Part shown: one piece after another, positions 37,242 through 47,166 of the stretch
Layout: every line of letters begins with the position of its first letter
Position numbering within the stretch: position 1 is the first letter of the stretch
Assembly: GCA_963720265.1 (NCBI GenBank)
Contig: CAVRET010000002.1
Coordinates: 584,704 to 648,703 of the forward strand
Direction: 5' to 3'
Source of the DNA: an uncultured bacterium
GTDB taxonomy: Bacteria; Patescibacteriota; Saccharimonadia; UBA4664
DNA: 64,000 bases
Notes under the pieces: model-generated
Database searches by the model: none
Seen by the model: only the letters and a program-made list of their open reading frames with translations
What the model was told of the DNA's origin: nothing
Program-made: the position numbers and the translations under genes

Positions 37242-37997
37242 GTGTACAATGCTATAATCACGCCAATGCCGAATCCCGCTCCCACCAAGCCGTTTACCCG
37301 TGTACTGCTCAAGCTCTCCGGCGAGCAATTTGCCGGTCAGGGTGGGTATGGAATAAATTTGGGTCTTGTAGAAAAATTTGCGGCTGAAATCCAAGCCGCC
37401 CGCAACGCTACCGGCGCCCAAATCGTAATCGTGGCCGGTGGCGGCAATATCATGCGCGGCGCTAGCGTCAAAGGCACCGCCATTCAAGAGATCACCGGCC
37501 ATTATATGGGCATGCTGGCCGGAGTTTTAAACGGCATGGCCTTAGTCGATATCATGAACCACTCAGGCGTGCCCACCGTGCTGCAATCGCGCCTCGCCAT
37601 CGGCACCATGATTGAGCCGTTTGTGCGCAGTACCGCCATAAAGCATATAGAAGACGGTAATGTCGTACTCATGGCCGGCGGTTCGGGACTGCCGTTTGTT
37701 ACCCACGACACCGCCGCGGTCACGGCCGCTCTTGAGCTCGGCGCCGAGGTGGTGCTCAAAGGCACCAACGTCGACGGCGTGTATGACCGCGACCCGCATA
37801 AACACCCCGGCGCCAAGCTGCTCGGCCGCACCTCTCATAATCAGGCATTAATCGATCCGAACATTAACGTATTCGACGCCGCCGCCATCTCACTGGCCAT
37901 GGAGAACGCTCTTCCGATCATTGTTTTCGACCTCCTCACCCCTGGCAACATCCGCCGCGTCATCGAGGGTCAAGCCGTCGGCACGCGCGTGGAATAG
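37242..37997 (+). CDS. pyrH: UMP kinase
   Basis: RVLLKLSGE, IVIVAGGGNIMRG, GTNVDGVYDRDP. Confidence 0.85.
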   Translation: MYNAIITPMPNPAPTKPFTRVLLKLSGEQFAGQGGYGINLGLVEKFAAEIQAARNATGAQIVIVAGGGNIMRGASVKGTAIQEITGHYMGMLAGVLNGMALVDIMNHSGVPTVLQSRLAIGTMIEPFVRSTAIKHIEDGNVVLMAGGSGLPFVTHDTAAVTAALELGAEVVLKGTNVDGVYDRDPHKHPGAKLLGRTSHNQALIDPNINVFDAAAISLAMENALPIIVFDLLTPGNIRRVIEGQAVGTRVE

Positions 37998-38106
37998 GAT
38001 TTTCCACAAACCCGAACCAACCCCGAAATTGACTCGCACCAGATACTCCGCTACCATAAGCAAGATCTCAGTTCCGGTTGCCATATCAATTTAGCCAAAC
38101 CAAAAC

Positions 38107-39408
38107 TTGCGAAAAATAAACGTCCCTATCGTATTAACGAGCGAGACACTTATTTTACGCCCCACTACGAGTCGCTTCGGCGCTCACCAAGTCAACATTC
38201 GAGAGCTCAAACGCCAGGCAGTGGCGTATTACGACCGGCTCAAGGCTCAGCCGCGTAATTTTGTTGCCCTAGGCATTCTGGCTGTCGCGCTTAGCTTCGG
38301 TCTGGCTACCGGCCGTCTGCCGATCGCTGCCAGCGCCAGCGCCGATTCGCAGCATCTTGTTTCGCTTTACGCCGACGGCCAAAAGCGCCTCTTTGCCACC
38401 AACGCCGCCACCGTTGGCCAGGTGCTGAATCGCGCCGGCGTGAAATTGGGAGCCGGCGATCTTGTTGAGCCGGCCGCAAGCACCTCACTACCGTCCGGCC
38501 AGTTCAACATCAACGTGTATCGCGCCCGTCGCGTGCTGGTGGTCGACGGCTCGCACCAGTATCTCGTCAATTCGGCTTACCAAAGCCCGCATTTGCTTGC
38601 CCAAGCTGCCGGCCTCACGCTTTATCCTGAGGACAAATACCAGACCGGAGTTATTACCAATTTCGTGCAAACCGGTGCGGTCGGCGAGGAAGTGGTGGTA
38701 AACCGCGCTATCCCGTTTACCGTCCAGGTTGACGGCAAAACCTATAATCTACGCACCCAGGCCAAAACTGTGCAATCCGCACTCACCGGTGCCGGTATCG
38801 CTCTTGGTCCCAAGGATATTGTGTCCGCACCCCTGACCGCTCCGGTCACGGCCGGCGAAGGCATCGGCATCACGCGCGTTACCGAGGCCCTCGCCACCAT
38901 TACGCAGACCATCCCATTCGCGGTCCAAAATGCCACCGATCCGGACCTAATGCAGGGACAAACTCAGGTCAAAACCCCTGGCGTGAATGGCCAGAAAACC
39001 GCCACCTACATGATCCACTACACTAACGGCGCCGAAACCAGCCGCGACCTTGTGCAGCTCGTCAGCCAGACCGCCCCGGTGCCGCAAGTCGTCGAGATTG
39101 GCACCATGGTCATCTTTGAGGGCTCGGTCGAATATTGGCGCCCGCAGGTCGACGCCGCAGCCAGTGCCAACGGCATCGACCCCAACATGATGCTGCGCAT
39201 TATGGAGTGCGAATCCAACGGCAACGCCGCCGATGTGTCGAGTTTCGTGGTCGACGGCCAGCACCCCACCGGCCTCTTCCAGTTCCTCCCCTCCACGTGG
39301 GCTGCCGACGGGGGCACCCCCAGCAACATCATGGACGGCTCGGCTCAAATCCAGATAGCGGCCAAAGTGATGGCCACCCAAGGCACCGGCGCCTGGGCTT
39401 GCCAATAA
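38107..39408 (+). CDS. secreted G5-domain protein with a C-terminal transglycosylase-like domain (RpfB-like architecture)
   Basis: N-terminal TM, DUF348-like repeats, a G5-like region (VKTPGVNGQKTATYMIHYTNG), C-terminal IMECESNGNAADVS...GLFQFLPSTW. Confidence 0.5.
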   Translation: MRKINVPIVLTSETLILRPTTSRFGAHQVNIRELKRQAVAYYDRLKAQPRNFVALGILAVALSFGLATGRLPIAASASADSQHLVSLYADGQKRLFATNAATVGQVLNRAGVKLGAGDLVEPAASTSLPSGQFNINVYRARRVLVVDGSHQYLVNSAYQSPHLLAQAAGLTLYPEDKYQTGVITNFVQTGAVGEEVVVNRAIPFTVQVDGKTYNLRTQAKTVQSALTGAGIALGPKDIVSAPLTAPVTAGEGIGITRVTEALATITQTIPFAVQNATDPDLMQGQTQVKTPGVNGQKTATYMIHYTNGAETSRDLVQLVSQTAPVPQVVEIGTMVIFEGSVEYWRPQVDAAASANGIDPNMMLRIMECESNGNAADVSSFVVDGQHPTGLFQFLPSTWAADGGTPSNIMDGSAQIQIAAKVMATQGTGAWACQ

Positions 39409-39444
39409 CCGTGGTTTCTCAGTTGGCTACGGTATAATGAAGGT

Positions 39445-40626
39445 GTGAACGCGCTCGATATTGTACTAATTGTGCTGCTCATTGCAGTGGCAGTCCGGGG
39501 TGTGGCCTCGGGTTTTTTGCGTCAGGCCGGCTCGTTGTCCGGATTCATTTTGGGCCTGGTGCTCGGTGCCATAGTTGCGCCATGGGTTGGAAACTATGTT
39601 TCAGGGGCCGGCGTGCGCGTGCTGGTCGTGCTGGGAGTGTTTTTTGGAGTGGCCGTACTTATCGGGGGTTTGGGTGAGGCGCTGGGCTATCGGCTCTCGC
39701 GTTTAGCCGAACGCGCCAAGCTTGCCATCCCTGATAGTTTTTTGGGGGCTATCCTCGGCATTGTTGTAACATTGGTCACGGTTTGGTTGCTCGCGCCCAC
39801 GTTCGCTCGTGCACCTTCGCCCCTCTTGGACAATGAAGTGCAGGGCTCATACATTCTCCAAACCCTCGACCACGTGCTGCCGCCGGTACCGGATGTTATG
39901 TCGCGGCTCGAACGCTCGCTTGGTATTGCTAATCTCCCCCGCGCGTTTGCCGGCCTTGAGCCCACTCCGCCCGCGCCGGTCACCGGGCCGGACGCCGCGG
40001 CCGTGAATGCCGCTGCGAGTGCCGGCCAAGCTGCCACAGTTAAAATAGAAGGCCTAGGCTGCGGCGGCGTGCTTGAAGGCACGGGCATAGTCGTTGGCCA
40101 AGATCTCGTAGCTACCAATGCCCACGTCATCGCCGGCATTCCGGCTCCCACCGTGCTCGATGCCAACGGCCGCCACGACGCCACGGTGGTCTTCTTTGAC
40201 CCCAATCTCGACTTCGCGGTCTTGCGCGTTTCGCATCTGGCCGCCTCCCCCTTAGGCCTGTCAACTATCACCTCGCCGCGCGGCACGGTCGGCGCGGTGC
40301 TTGGCTATCCCGGCGGCGGCGACTTCCACGTGAGCGCGGCCGCGGTACTCGATTCGCAGACCGCCATTGGCCGCAACATTTACGACGCCGGCCTCATTCA
40401 TCGCGAAATCTATGAGATCCAGGCCGTGGTCCGGCCCGGCAATTCCGGCGGCCCGCTCATTACTCCTAGCGGCACTGTCATCGGCGTTGTCTTTGCAATG
40501 TCTACCACCAACGGTGATGTCGGCTACGCTCTTACCTCAGCCGAAGTTCTACCCGACATCCACACCGCTGCTGTCACCGCCGCCGCGGGCGGTTCGGTTG
40601 CCGACGGCGCATGCGTCGACGACTAG
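39445..40626 (+). CDS. CvpA-family membrane domain fused to a trypsin-like serine protease (MarP-like)
   Basis: N-terminal about 4 TM CvpA-like region, C-terminal ATNAHVI (His), and GNSGGPL (Ser). Confidence 0.6.
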   Translation: MNALDIVLIVLLIAVAVRGVASGFLRQAGSLSGFILGLVLGAIVAPWVGNYVSGAGVRVLVVLGVFFGVAVLIGGLGEALGYRLSRLAERAKLAIPDSFLGAILGIVVTLVTVWLLAPTFARAPSPLLDNEVQGSYILQTLDHVLPPVPDVMSRLERSLGIANLPRAFAGLEPTPPAPVTGPDAAAVNAAASAGQAATVKIEGLGCGGVLEGTGIVVGQDLVATNAHVIAGIPAPTVLDANGRHDATVVFFDPNLDFAVLRVSHLAASPLGLSTITSPRGTVGAVLGYPGGGDFHVSAAAVLDSQTAIGRNIYDAGLIHREIYEIQAVVRPGNSGGPLITPSGTVIGVVFAMSTTNGDVGYALTSAEVLPDIHTAAVTAAAGGSVADGACVDD

Positions 40627-40689
40627 ACATATAAAATCATATATGCTATAACAATTACTTCCAGACGTTTCAGTAACTGCCGAGGAGGC

Positions 40690-41415
40690 ATGAACGGAAT
40701 GGTTGCAACGCCCGATGCGGGCACCGATGAACTGAGGGTACTCATCAGCTTGTCGTATCAGACCTGGCTACCAATCGCCAACTACTTCAAGGCGACTCGC
40801 GGCCCAGGGCCTGTGACGCTCGCTGAGCTGGCAGAGATGACCGAGACTCAGATACTTGAGATCGAAAACGTCGGCCCTGTGGGCCTGGCCCGCATCATCC
40901 TGCTCCTGGTAAAGAACGATCTTCGACTGACCGGCGACCCCGAGGTGCCGTTCGACCATCTGGTTGAGCACCTTGTGGTCCGGGACGGCGTGTTCAGCTT
41001 CCGCCAGTACCGCGTATCCCGTGACGGGTACGCTGCGATTAAGCAAGCGGGTTACCACGATATTCGCGACCTCGCCCAGCTTAATCGGGTCCAGATTGCG
41101 AAACTCGTCAGCCGAGGAGGCATCGGTAGTGTAATCCGGGCGCTGGACGTGCGCGGTCTCAGTCTGCCGCCGCTGGCACGCTCACACACAGTGCGTGAGC
41201 TCCGGCTGCCGCGTAGTCTCGCGAACCTGCTCCGGGAAGCCAAGCTGATGGACGCACCGATCGGGCAGCTCTCGCAGAACGGGCTGTACTCGCAGATCGT
41301 CGGACGAGGCAGCCAGCTCGATTCCCCGGCCATCTGGGCGCACATCCGGGCGCTGACCAAGGTGCTGCTGGATGACTACGGCTACGAGCTCCCCGAGCAT
41401 CCCCGCGTTCGGTAA
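40690..41415 (+). CDS. hypothetical protein with tandem RNA-polymerase alpha-CTD-like helix-hairpin-helix repeats
   Basis: LAELAEMTETQILEIENVGPVGLARII and IRDLAQLNRVQIAKLVSRGGIGSVIRALDVRGLSL resemble the RpoA C-terminal domain. Confidence 0.35.
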   Translation: MNGMVATPDAGTDELRVLISLSYQTWLPIANYFKATRGPGPVTLAELAEMTETQILEIENVGPVGLARIILLLVKNDLRLTGDPEVPFDHLVEHLVVRDGVFSFRQYRVSRDGYAAIKQAGYHDIRDLAQLNRVQIAKLVSRGGIGSVIRALDVRGLSLPPLARSHTVRELRLPRSLANLLREAKLMDAPIGQLSQNGLYSQIVGRGSQLDSPAIWAHIRALTKVLLDDYGYELPEHPRVR

Positions 41416-41607
41416 TGGCTATGCCGCACATTTCGCAGAGCACAGACGATAGGGTGGGGCAGACGGCCGGACGGTCGCCTGCCCCACCCTAAGTTGCATT
41501 TATTGCTGCTCTGCGATCAAGCGCATACGGCGTGAAGTAATAATGATCAAACGTTCCGCCCGGAGCGGCCGCACGCCGCCCCGCTAAACGTTTCGGTTTG
41601 TTAAGAT

Positions 41608-42444
41608 ATGATTATGGATCTCTCCCGCGTCGATGATGTACGCACCGCGCTCAAACTCGCCGGCATCCGGCCCAACAAGAGCCTGGGGCAGCATTTTTTG
41701 GTCGATAAAGCAAGTCTAGAAGCCGTCATGGAGGCCGCCGCACCCACGGCGACTGACACTGTGCTGGAAATTGGCCCGGGCCTGGGCGTTATGACGCGCC
41801 CGCTCACGGCTCGCGTCGGCCGTGTGGTCGCGGTTGAAACCGACCCCGTACTGGCCGGCCTCCTGCGTCGCGACGCGCCGCTCAACCTCCAGGTTGAGGA
41901 GGCTGATATTCTGAACTTCAACCTCACGGCACTGCCTCGCGGCTACAAGGTTATTGCCAATCTACCGTATTACCTGACATCCAAAATCCTCCGCCTGCTC
42001 ATCGAATCGCCGAATCCTCCGAGTGTCATGTCTGTGCTGGTGCAAAAAGAGGTGGCCGAGCGCATCACGGCCCGGCCGGGCGATCTGTCGCTGCTGGCGC
42101 TCTCAGTCCAATACTATGGCCGACCCGAGCTCGTGCAAGTCATTGAACGGCACAAATTCTGGCCCGCGCCGGAAGTCGACTCGGCCATACTGCACATTAC
42201 CATGACAGGCAAACCGGCCTTCCCGGCCGATCCGACCAAATTCTTCCGCTTGGCCAAAGCCGGCTTCGGCGAGCGCCGTAAGCAGCTCAAAAACGCCCTC
42301 GCCGGCGGCCTTAACCTCACCGCCGACTTTGCCGCCCAGCTGCTCGTATCGGCCAAGCTACCACCCACCGCCCGCGCTCAGGAGCTTGACCTCAAAGCTT
42401 GGGGGCGTCTCTACAAAGTCGCCGTTAAGCGCAACTTGCTTTAA
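41608..42444 (+). CDS. rsmA: 16S rRNA (adenine1518/1519-N6)-dimethyltransferase
   Basis: LGQHFLVD, VLEIGPGLGVMT, ANLPYY. Confidence 0.8.
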   Translation: MIMDLSRVDDVRTALKLAGIRPNKSLGQHFLVDKASLEAVMEAAAPTATDTVLEIGPGLGVMTRPLTARVGRVVAVETDPVLAGLLRRDAPLNLQVEEADILNFNLTALPRGYKVIANLPYYLTSKILRLLIESPNPPSVMSVLVQKEVAERITARPGDLSLLALSVQYYGRPELVQVIERHKFWPAPEVDSAILHITMTGKPAFPADPTKFFRLAKAGFGERRKQLKNALAGGLNLTADFAAQLLVSAKLPPTARAQELDLKAWGRLYKVAVKRNLL

Positions 42445-42487
42445 CTGCTCTGTCACGCCATAATTTCAGTAATAATTAAGGTGAATC

Positions 42488-42958
42488 ATGGATTCAACCA
42501 CGATATATCAAACCACCAGCAGCCAGCCCGTATCCGCCGGTGCGACCGCCGGTCTGATCGTATTGCAGCTTGTTATTTTGGTTGTCGCTATTGTCCTCAT
42601 TGTATCAATGTGGAAGCTTTTCAAAAAAGCCGGCCGGCCCGGCTGGGCAGCCATCATCCCTTTTTACAATGCCTATATCTTGATTAAAATTGCCGGCCGG
42701 CCCGGCTGGTGGCTCGTACTCTACTTAATACCAATAGTAAACCTCATAATCGGGATCATCATCGTTATAGACATAGCTAAGGCCTTCGGCAAGTCTGGAG
42801 CGTGGGGCTTCTGGATGCTCTATATCCTCAGCTTTATCGGGTATCCAATACTAGGTTTTGGTTCAACCCAGTACCAGTCGGGAGGTAATGGTGGTACCAA
42901 CCCGGCTATGCCCGTACCGCCACCCATACCGCCGGTGGCTCCGCCGCCCGCCGCATGA
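42488..42958 (+). CDS. small membrane protein with an internal AGRPGW repeat and a Pro-rich tail
   Basis: 156 aa; KKAGRPGWAAIIPFYNAYILIKIAGRPGWWLVLYLIP. Confidence 0.4.
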   Translation: MDSTTIYQTTSSQPVSAGATAGLIVLQLVILVVAIVLIVSMWKLFKKAGRPGWAAIIPFYNAYILIKIAGRPGWWLVLYLIPIVNLIIGIIIVIDIAKAFGKSGAWGFWMLYILSFIGYPILGFGSTQYQSGGNGGTNPAMPVPPPIPPVAPPPAA

Positions 42959-43596
42959 AACTCTTCCTCAGTTCAGTCGCCATGACATCCGAGCTCATCA
43001 GCCCATTCACAAAGCTGGTTGGTAAGGCCGCTCCCGACATCAGCATTGTCTTAAGCGAAAATGCGGCCGACCCGTACCGGCGCACCGGGGAGACCATTGG
43101 CTGGCTACAAGATAACTACCAGGCCATGGAAGACGCCGGACTAAACATTGAGCGCATTGATTTGCGGGGGTTTCGCGACCCCGATAGGCTCGCGGCCAAA
43201 CTCTCAACCTACGACGTCATTTGGCTGGCCGGCGGTAACACATTTTATCTGCGCTGGCTCCTGGCCGATACCGGCGCCGACACCGTAATTTGCAAGCTGG
43301 TTGCAAACGACAAAGTCTTCGCCGGCGCCAGTGCCGGCGCCATTGTGGCCGGGCCAACGCTGCGTCACGTCGAGCTGGCCGACGATCCAAAGCTTTCGCC
43401 GGCTTGGCCAAAAGACGGCCTCGGCCTCACCGATATTGTGGCTGTGCCGCACTACGATCAGCCTGGTTACGCTACCATCACCGGCAAAATCAATCTCGAG
43501 CTTCAAGCCGACGGTTTCACCACCTGCCCGCTGAACAACGACCAAGCCCTGATCATCGATGGTACCGCCACCACGGTCGTGCCCTCTCCTGCTTAG
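42955..43596 (+). CDS. peptidase E-like (S51) protein
   Basis: MKLFLSS..., IWLAGGNTFYL, GASAGAIVAG; paralog of 7652..8206. Confidence 0.6.
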   Translation: MKLFLSSVAMTSELISPFTKLVGKAAPDISIVLSENAADPYRRTGETIGWLQDNYQAMEDAGLNIERIDLRGFRDPDRLAAKLSTYDVIWLAGGNTFYLRWLLADTGADTVICKLVANDKVFAGASAGAIVAGPTLRHVELADDPKLSPAWPKDGLGLTDIVAVPHYDQPGYATITGKINLELQADGFTTCPLNNDQALIIDGTATTVVPSPA

Positions 43597-43625
43597 CCCT
43601 GAATCATGGTAAGATAGGCCCTATC

Positions 43626-45101
43626 ATGCCCAAATTCTATGTCACCACGTCCATTGCCTATACCAACGCCGAGCCCCACATCGGCTACGCAATGGAGCTC
43701 ATTCAGGCCGACGTGCTGGCCCGCTATCACCGCCAGCGCGGCTATCAAGTGTGGTTTCTGACCGGCACCGACGAACACGGCAACAAGAACAAGCAGGCAG
43801 CCGTTGCCAAAGGGTTAGCACCCCAGGCCTACGTTGATCAAATTAGCGAAAAATTCCGCGACCTCGCAAAAGTACTCAACGTCTCAAACGACCAATTCAT
43901 CCGCACCACCGATCCGCACCACAAAGTGGCTTCGCAAGCGCTCTGGCTGGCCTGCAAGAAAGACATCTACAAAAAGCCCTATGAAGGTTGGTACTGTACC
44001 GGTTGCGAGGCCTTTTATACCGACATCGATGTGCCTGACCACATTTGCCCCATTCACAAGCACCCGCTTGAGCACGTTAAAGCCGAGAATTACTTTTTCA
44101 AGCTCTCGGCCTATACCGGGCAAATCAAGGAGCTCGTTACATCGGGCAAGCTGCTAGTGCGGCCGCAAAGCCGCCGCAACGAATTACTCGCCCTGCTTGA
44201 CCGCGGCCTCGAAGACGTCAGCATTAGCCGCGAAAAAACCCAACTAGATTGGGGCATCGAGGTACCGGACGACCACGACCACGTCATGTATGTCTGGTTC
44301 GATGCCCTCGCCAACTACATCTCGGCACTCGGCTATCCAGACAAGGATGCCAAGCCCTTCCAGACCTTCTGGCCGGCCGACGTGCAGATCATTGGCAAAG
44401 ATATTACCCGCTTCCACGCTGCGCTCTGGCCCGCCATGCTGATCTCGGCCTGGCTCACGCCGCCGGTCAGCGTGTATGCGCACGGCTTCATCAGCTCTGA
44501 AGGTCACAAGATGTCAAAAAGCCTCGGCAATGTGGTGGCGCCGGCCGATGTCATTAACAAGTATGGCGTCGACGCGCTGCGCTATTACCTGTTGCGCGAA
44601 ATCCCATCCGACAGCGACGGTGATTTTTCCTGGACCCGCATGGAGCAACTTTACAATGCCGACCTGGCCAACGACCTCGGCAACCTCGTGCAGCGTGTCA
44701 TCGTAATGTTCCGCAAATACCTTGAAGGCATTATCGGTGATCTGCCTCCGCACTCGCACGATATTGAGCCATACGAAACCGCCATGGCTGATCTGCGCTT
44801 TGACAAAGCTCTGGCCGAAGTGTGGCTGCTCGTCCGCGGGCTCAACCAATACCTTGAAGAGGAAAAGCCATGGGAGCTTGCGAAAGATAGCAAGGAGCAC
44901 CTCACCGACGTCTTGCATCATGCCGTCGCCGACCTCGTCCAGATCGCTAGCATGCTCATGCCGTTCATGCCTGAAACAGCCGGCAAGATCGCGGCCAGCT
45001 TCGCCGGCGGCGTGGCCCGCACCGAGGTTGGCATTCTTTTTCCGAAACTCGAAGAAACCACTAGTCAACCAGCAGGCAAGCAGCGACCCGAAGCCAAGTG
45101 A
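43626..45101 (+). CDS. metG: methionyl-tRNA synthetase (short form)
   Basis: PHIGYAM (HIGH), CPIHKHPLE zinc knuckle, GHKMSKSLGN (KMSKS). The ORF-track N-terminal extension from 43290 is Arg-rich and overlaps the upstream gene; start set at the ATG at 43626. Confidence 0.8.
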   Translation: MPKFYVTTSIAYTNAEPHIGYAMELIQADVLARYHRQRGYQVWFLTGTDEHGNKNKQAAVAKGLAPQAYVDQISEKFRDLAKVLNVSNDQFIRTTDPHHKVASQALWLACKKDIYKKPYEGWYCTGCEAFYTDIDVPDHICPIHKHPLEHVKAENYFFKLSAYTGQIKELVTSGKLLVRPQSRRNELLALLDRGLEDVSISREKTQLDWGIEVPDDHDHVMYVWFDALANYISALGYPDKDAKPFQTFWPADVQIIGKDITRFHAALWPAMLISAWLTPPVSVYAHGFISSEGHKMSKSLGNVVAPADVINKYGVDALRYYLLREIPSDSDGDFSWTRMEQLYNADLANDLGNLVQRVIVMFRKYLEGIIGDLPPHSHDIEPYETAMADLRFDKALAEVWLLVRGLNQYLEEEKPWELAKDSKEHLTDVLHHAVADLVQIASMLMPFMPETAGKIAASFAGGVARTEVGILFPKLEETTSQPAGKQRPEAK

Positions 45102-45859
45102 CGCTCGTCGACACCCACTCACACATCCATTTCGACAATTTCGACGCCGATTTGCCCGACGTCCTGGAGCGTGCGAAGGCCGCCGGCATGGCCAAAATGC
45201 TGTGCGTAGGCGTAAACGATGACGATTCCCAGCGTGCGATTGCATTAGCCAAGCAACACACCGGAACCTTGCGCTCTACCGTCGGCCTCCATCCGCACGA
45301 TGCCGACCGCGGCCAGCCCGCACTCAACCATTTAACCGAGCTCGCTCAAGATCCCGTTGTCGTAGCCGTCGGAGAATGCGGCCTCGACCGGTTCAAATCC
45401 ACAACCACGCCCGTCGAACAAGAACACGCCCTGCGCTTTCAAATCGAGCTGGCCCACGAGCGTAACCTCCCAATGGTCTTCCACGTCCGCAATGCCTTTC
45501 CCGATTTCTGGCGCATCATGGTCGATTACCCCGGCACGAAAGGCGTGGTCCACAGCTTTACCGCCGGGCCGCCGGAGCTCGAGGCCGCCTTAGCGCGCGG
45601 ACTCTTGATCGCGCTCAACGGTATCATGACATTCACCAAAGACCCAGACCAACTCGAAGCCGCACGCCTTGTCCCGCTGGAGCGCCTAATCCTCGAAACC
45701 GACTGTCCCTTCCTGGCGCCCGTCCCCATGCGCGGCCGCCGGAACGAGCCCGCCTACATCACCCACACGGCCGAGTTCCTGGCCAATCTCCGCGGCGAGT
45801 CATTGGGTGAACTCAGTACGGCAACCACGAAGAATGCCGAGGCACTCTTTAATGTGTGA
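45098..45859 (+). CDS. tatD: TatD-family metal-dependent hydrolase
   Basis: LVDTHSHIHF, GECGLD, HVRNA, VHSFTAG, ETDCPFLAP; GTGA overlap with the metG stop. Confidence 0.75.
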   Translation: MTLVDTHSHIHFDNFDADLPDVLERAKAAGMAKMLCVGVNDDDSQRAIALAKQHTGTLRSTVGLHPHDADRGQPALNHLTELAQDPVVVAVGECGLDRFKSTTTPVEQEHALRFQIELAHERNLPMVFHVRNAFPDFWRIMVDYPGTKGVVHSFTAGPPELEAALARGLLIALNGIMTFTKDPDQLEAARLVPLERLILETDCPFLAPVPMRGRRNEPAYITHTAEFLANLRGESLGELSTATTKNAEALFNV

Positions 45860-45945
45860 CAGGTCACAAATTTGACCGCCAAATAAAAGAAATTTACTAT
45901 AACAAAGCACGGCTTCCCTGCAAGTTCAACGGAAGGACGTAGTAC

Positions 45946-46422
45946 GTGTCGTCACGACCTGCTACTGCAAAGACCAGAGCTCCTCGAGAAGCACGACCCG
46001 GTCATGGACCCACTCGGCGTCATGGCACTCCACGGCCGTATGGGCTGGCCCCGGCCGACCCCTGCGGGCGCGAGCAGTGCCGGTGTCATCAGGCTCATGA
46101 CTTCGCAACTGAGCTCGTGATGCTCCAAATCAGCTCCCGGGACGTACCCAAGCAGCGATCAAGGGCAATGGCAACCAGGCTGCTGAAGGCGCTGTTCGCC
46201 CACGGCCGACTCCCGGTGACCGACCTGAACATCGGCCAAGAGCTACATGAGATGGTCCTCTGGGCCTATGCCGTGGCCTGTCCACTGTTCGGTGTGAGCG
46301 GCCTTGCCGGGCATCGGGATCGCAGCTATGCAGATGTAATAGCTGCACTGCCGCTTCGCATAACGATCCCCGTGGCGCGTGATTACGCCCGCAACGGTCG
46401 GCTGGCGGTCTCGGCCGTCTGA
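45946..46422 (+). CDS. hypothetical protein; start probably at an internal Met
   Basis: 158-aa ORF, Arg-rich N-terminus looks spurious. Confidence 0.3.
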   Translation: MSSRPATAKTRAPREARPGHGPTRRHGTPRPYGLAPADPCGREQCRCHQAHDFATELVMLQISSRDVPKQRSRAMATRLLKALFAHGRLPVTDLNIGQELHEMVLWAYAVACPLFGVSGLAGHRDRSYADVIAALPLRITIPVARDYARNGRLAVSAV

Positions 46423-46553
46423 TTTTCCATCAACATTGCCGTGCACCATAGCTGCGTGGCGGGCCCGGGTACGACCCGGGTCCGCCACCGCGATCCATAC
46501 AGAATTCGCGTGTTACAGTAAACCAGAAGCTAATATCCTAAAGGAGAATCATC

Positions 46554-47159
46554 GTGGGCGAAGCACCTGGGCATGCAGGGGAGCCGGGCTGGACAGTACC
46601 GGAAGGCTGGCACCACAAGCTAAACGAACTAGATGAGCAAAACGACGAGCATATCCGTGAACAACTGCTAGATCACGAACGTGCCAGGCAGCGTGGGGCC
46701 ATAGAAAACCGTCACGAAGCCGCTGCTGCTCTCACTGAAATGCTAGGCGTTGCTCAAGAAGCCCGGAGATCTCTTCTCAGCACAATAAGCGGTGATCCCG
46801 ATTCAAGCCCTGAAGCCAAGGCCCGCTACCAGGAATTAAGCGCGGCGCTCACAGCGTCTGAAGATGCCGTACTAAAGCCTTTTTCGTTACGTGACGGCCA
46901 GCTCTTTCAATCACGACCAGTTGAGCACAGCGGCCAGCAAGAAGTCGTAGTGGCATCTGCGAGCGGCGATCCGGATTCAATCCAGGAGCTGACGAACTCG
47001 CTCAGGGCGGCCTCGCCCTCGGAGGGGCAGCCCGTGAGCGGCGGCATTGCGCTTGACGTCGGCAATGCGGCGCTACATTATAGCGATTATCTGAGAACCT
47101 TGTCAGATATGCCGGTAGCAATGGTGGAAAAGTCCCTGACCGCACAGATCCGAGAGTAA
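46554..47159 (+). CDS. hypothetical protein
   Basis: 201-aa ORF, acidic. Confidence 0.35.
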   Translation: MGEAPGHAGEPGWTVPEGWHHKLNELDEQNDEHIREQLLDHERARQRGAIENRHEAAAALTEMLGVAQEARRSLLSTISGDPDSSPEAKARYQELSAALTASEDAVLKPFSLRDGQLFQSRPVEHSGQQEVVVASASGDPDSIQELTNSLRAASPSEGQPVSGGIALDVGNAALHYSDYLRTLSDMPVAMVEKSLTAQIRE

Positions 47160-47166
47160 TACCGGA

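Noticed and set aside
43290-43625. ORF-track N-terminal extension of the metG ORF (112 extra residues, starting at 43290).
   Set aside because: The extension is Arg/Cys/Ala-rich GC-frame artefact sequence and overlaps the upstream peptidase E gene. MetRS homology begins exactly at the ATG at 43626 (MPKFYVTTSIAYTNAEPHIGY).
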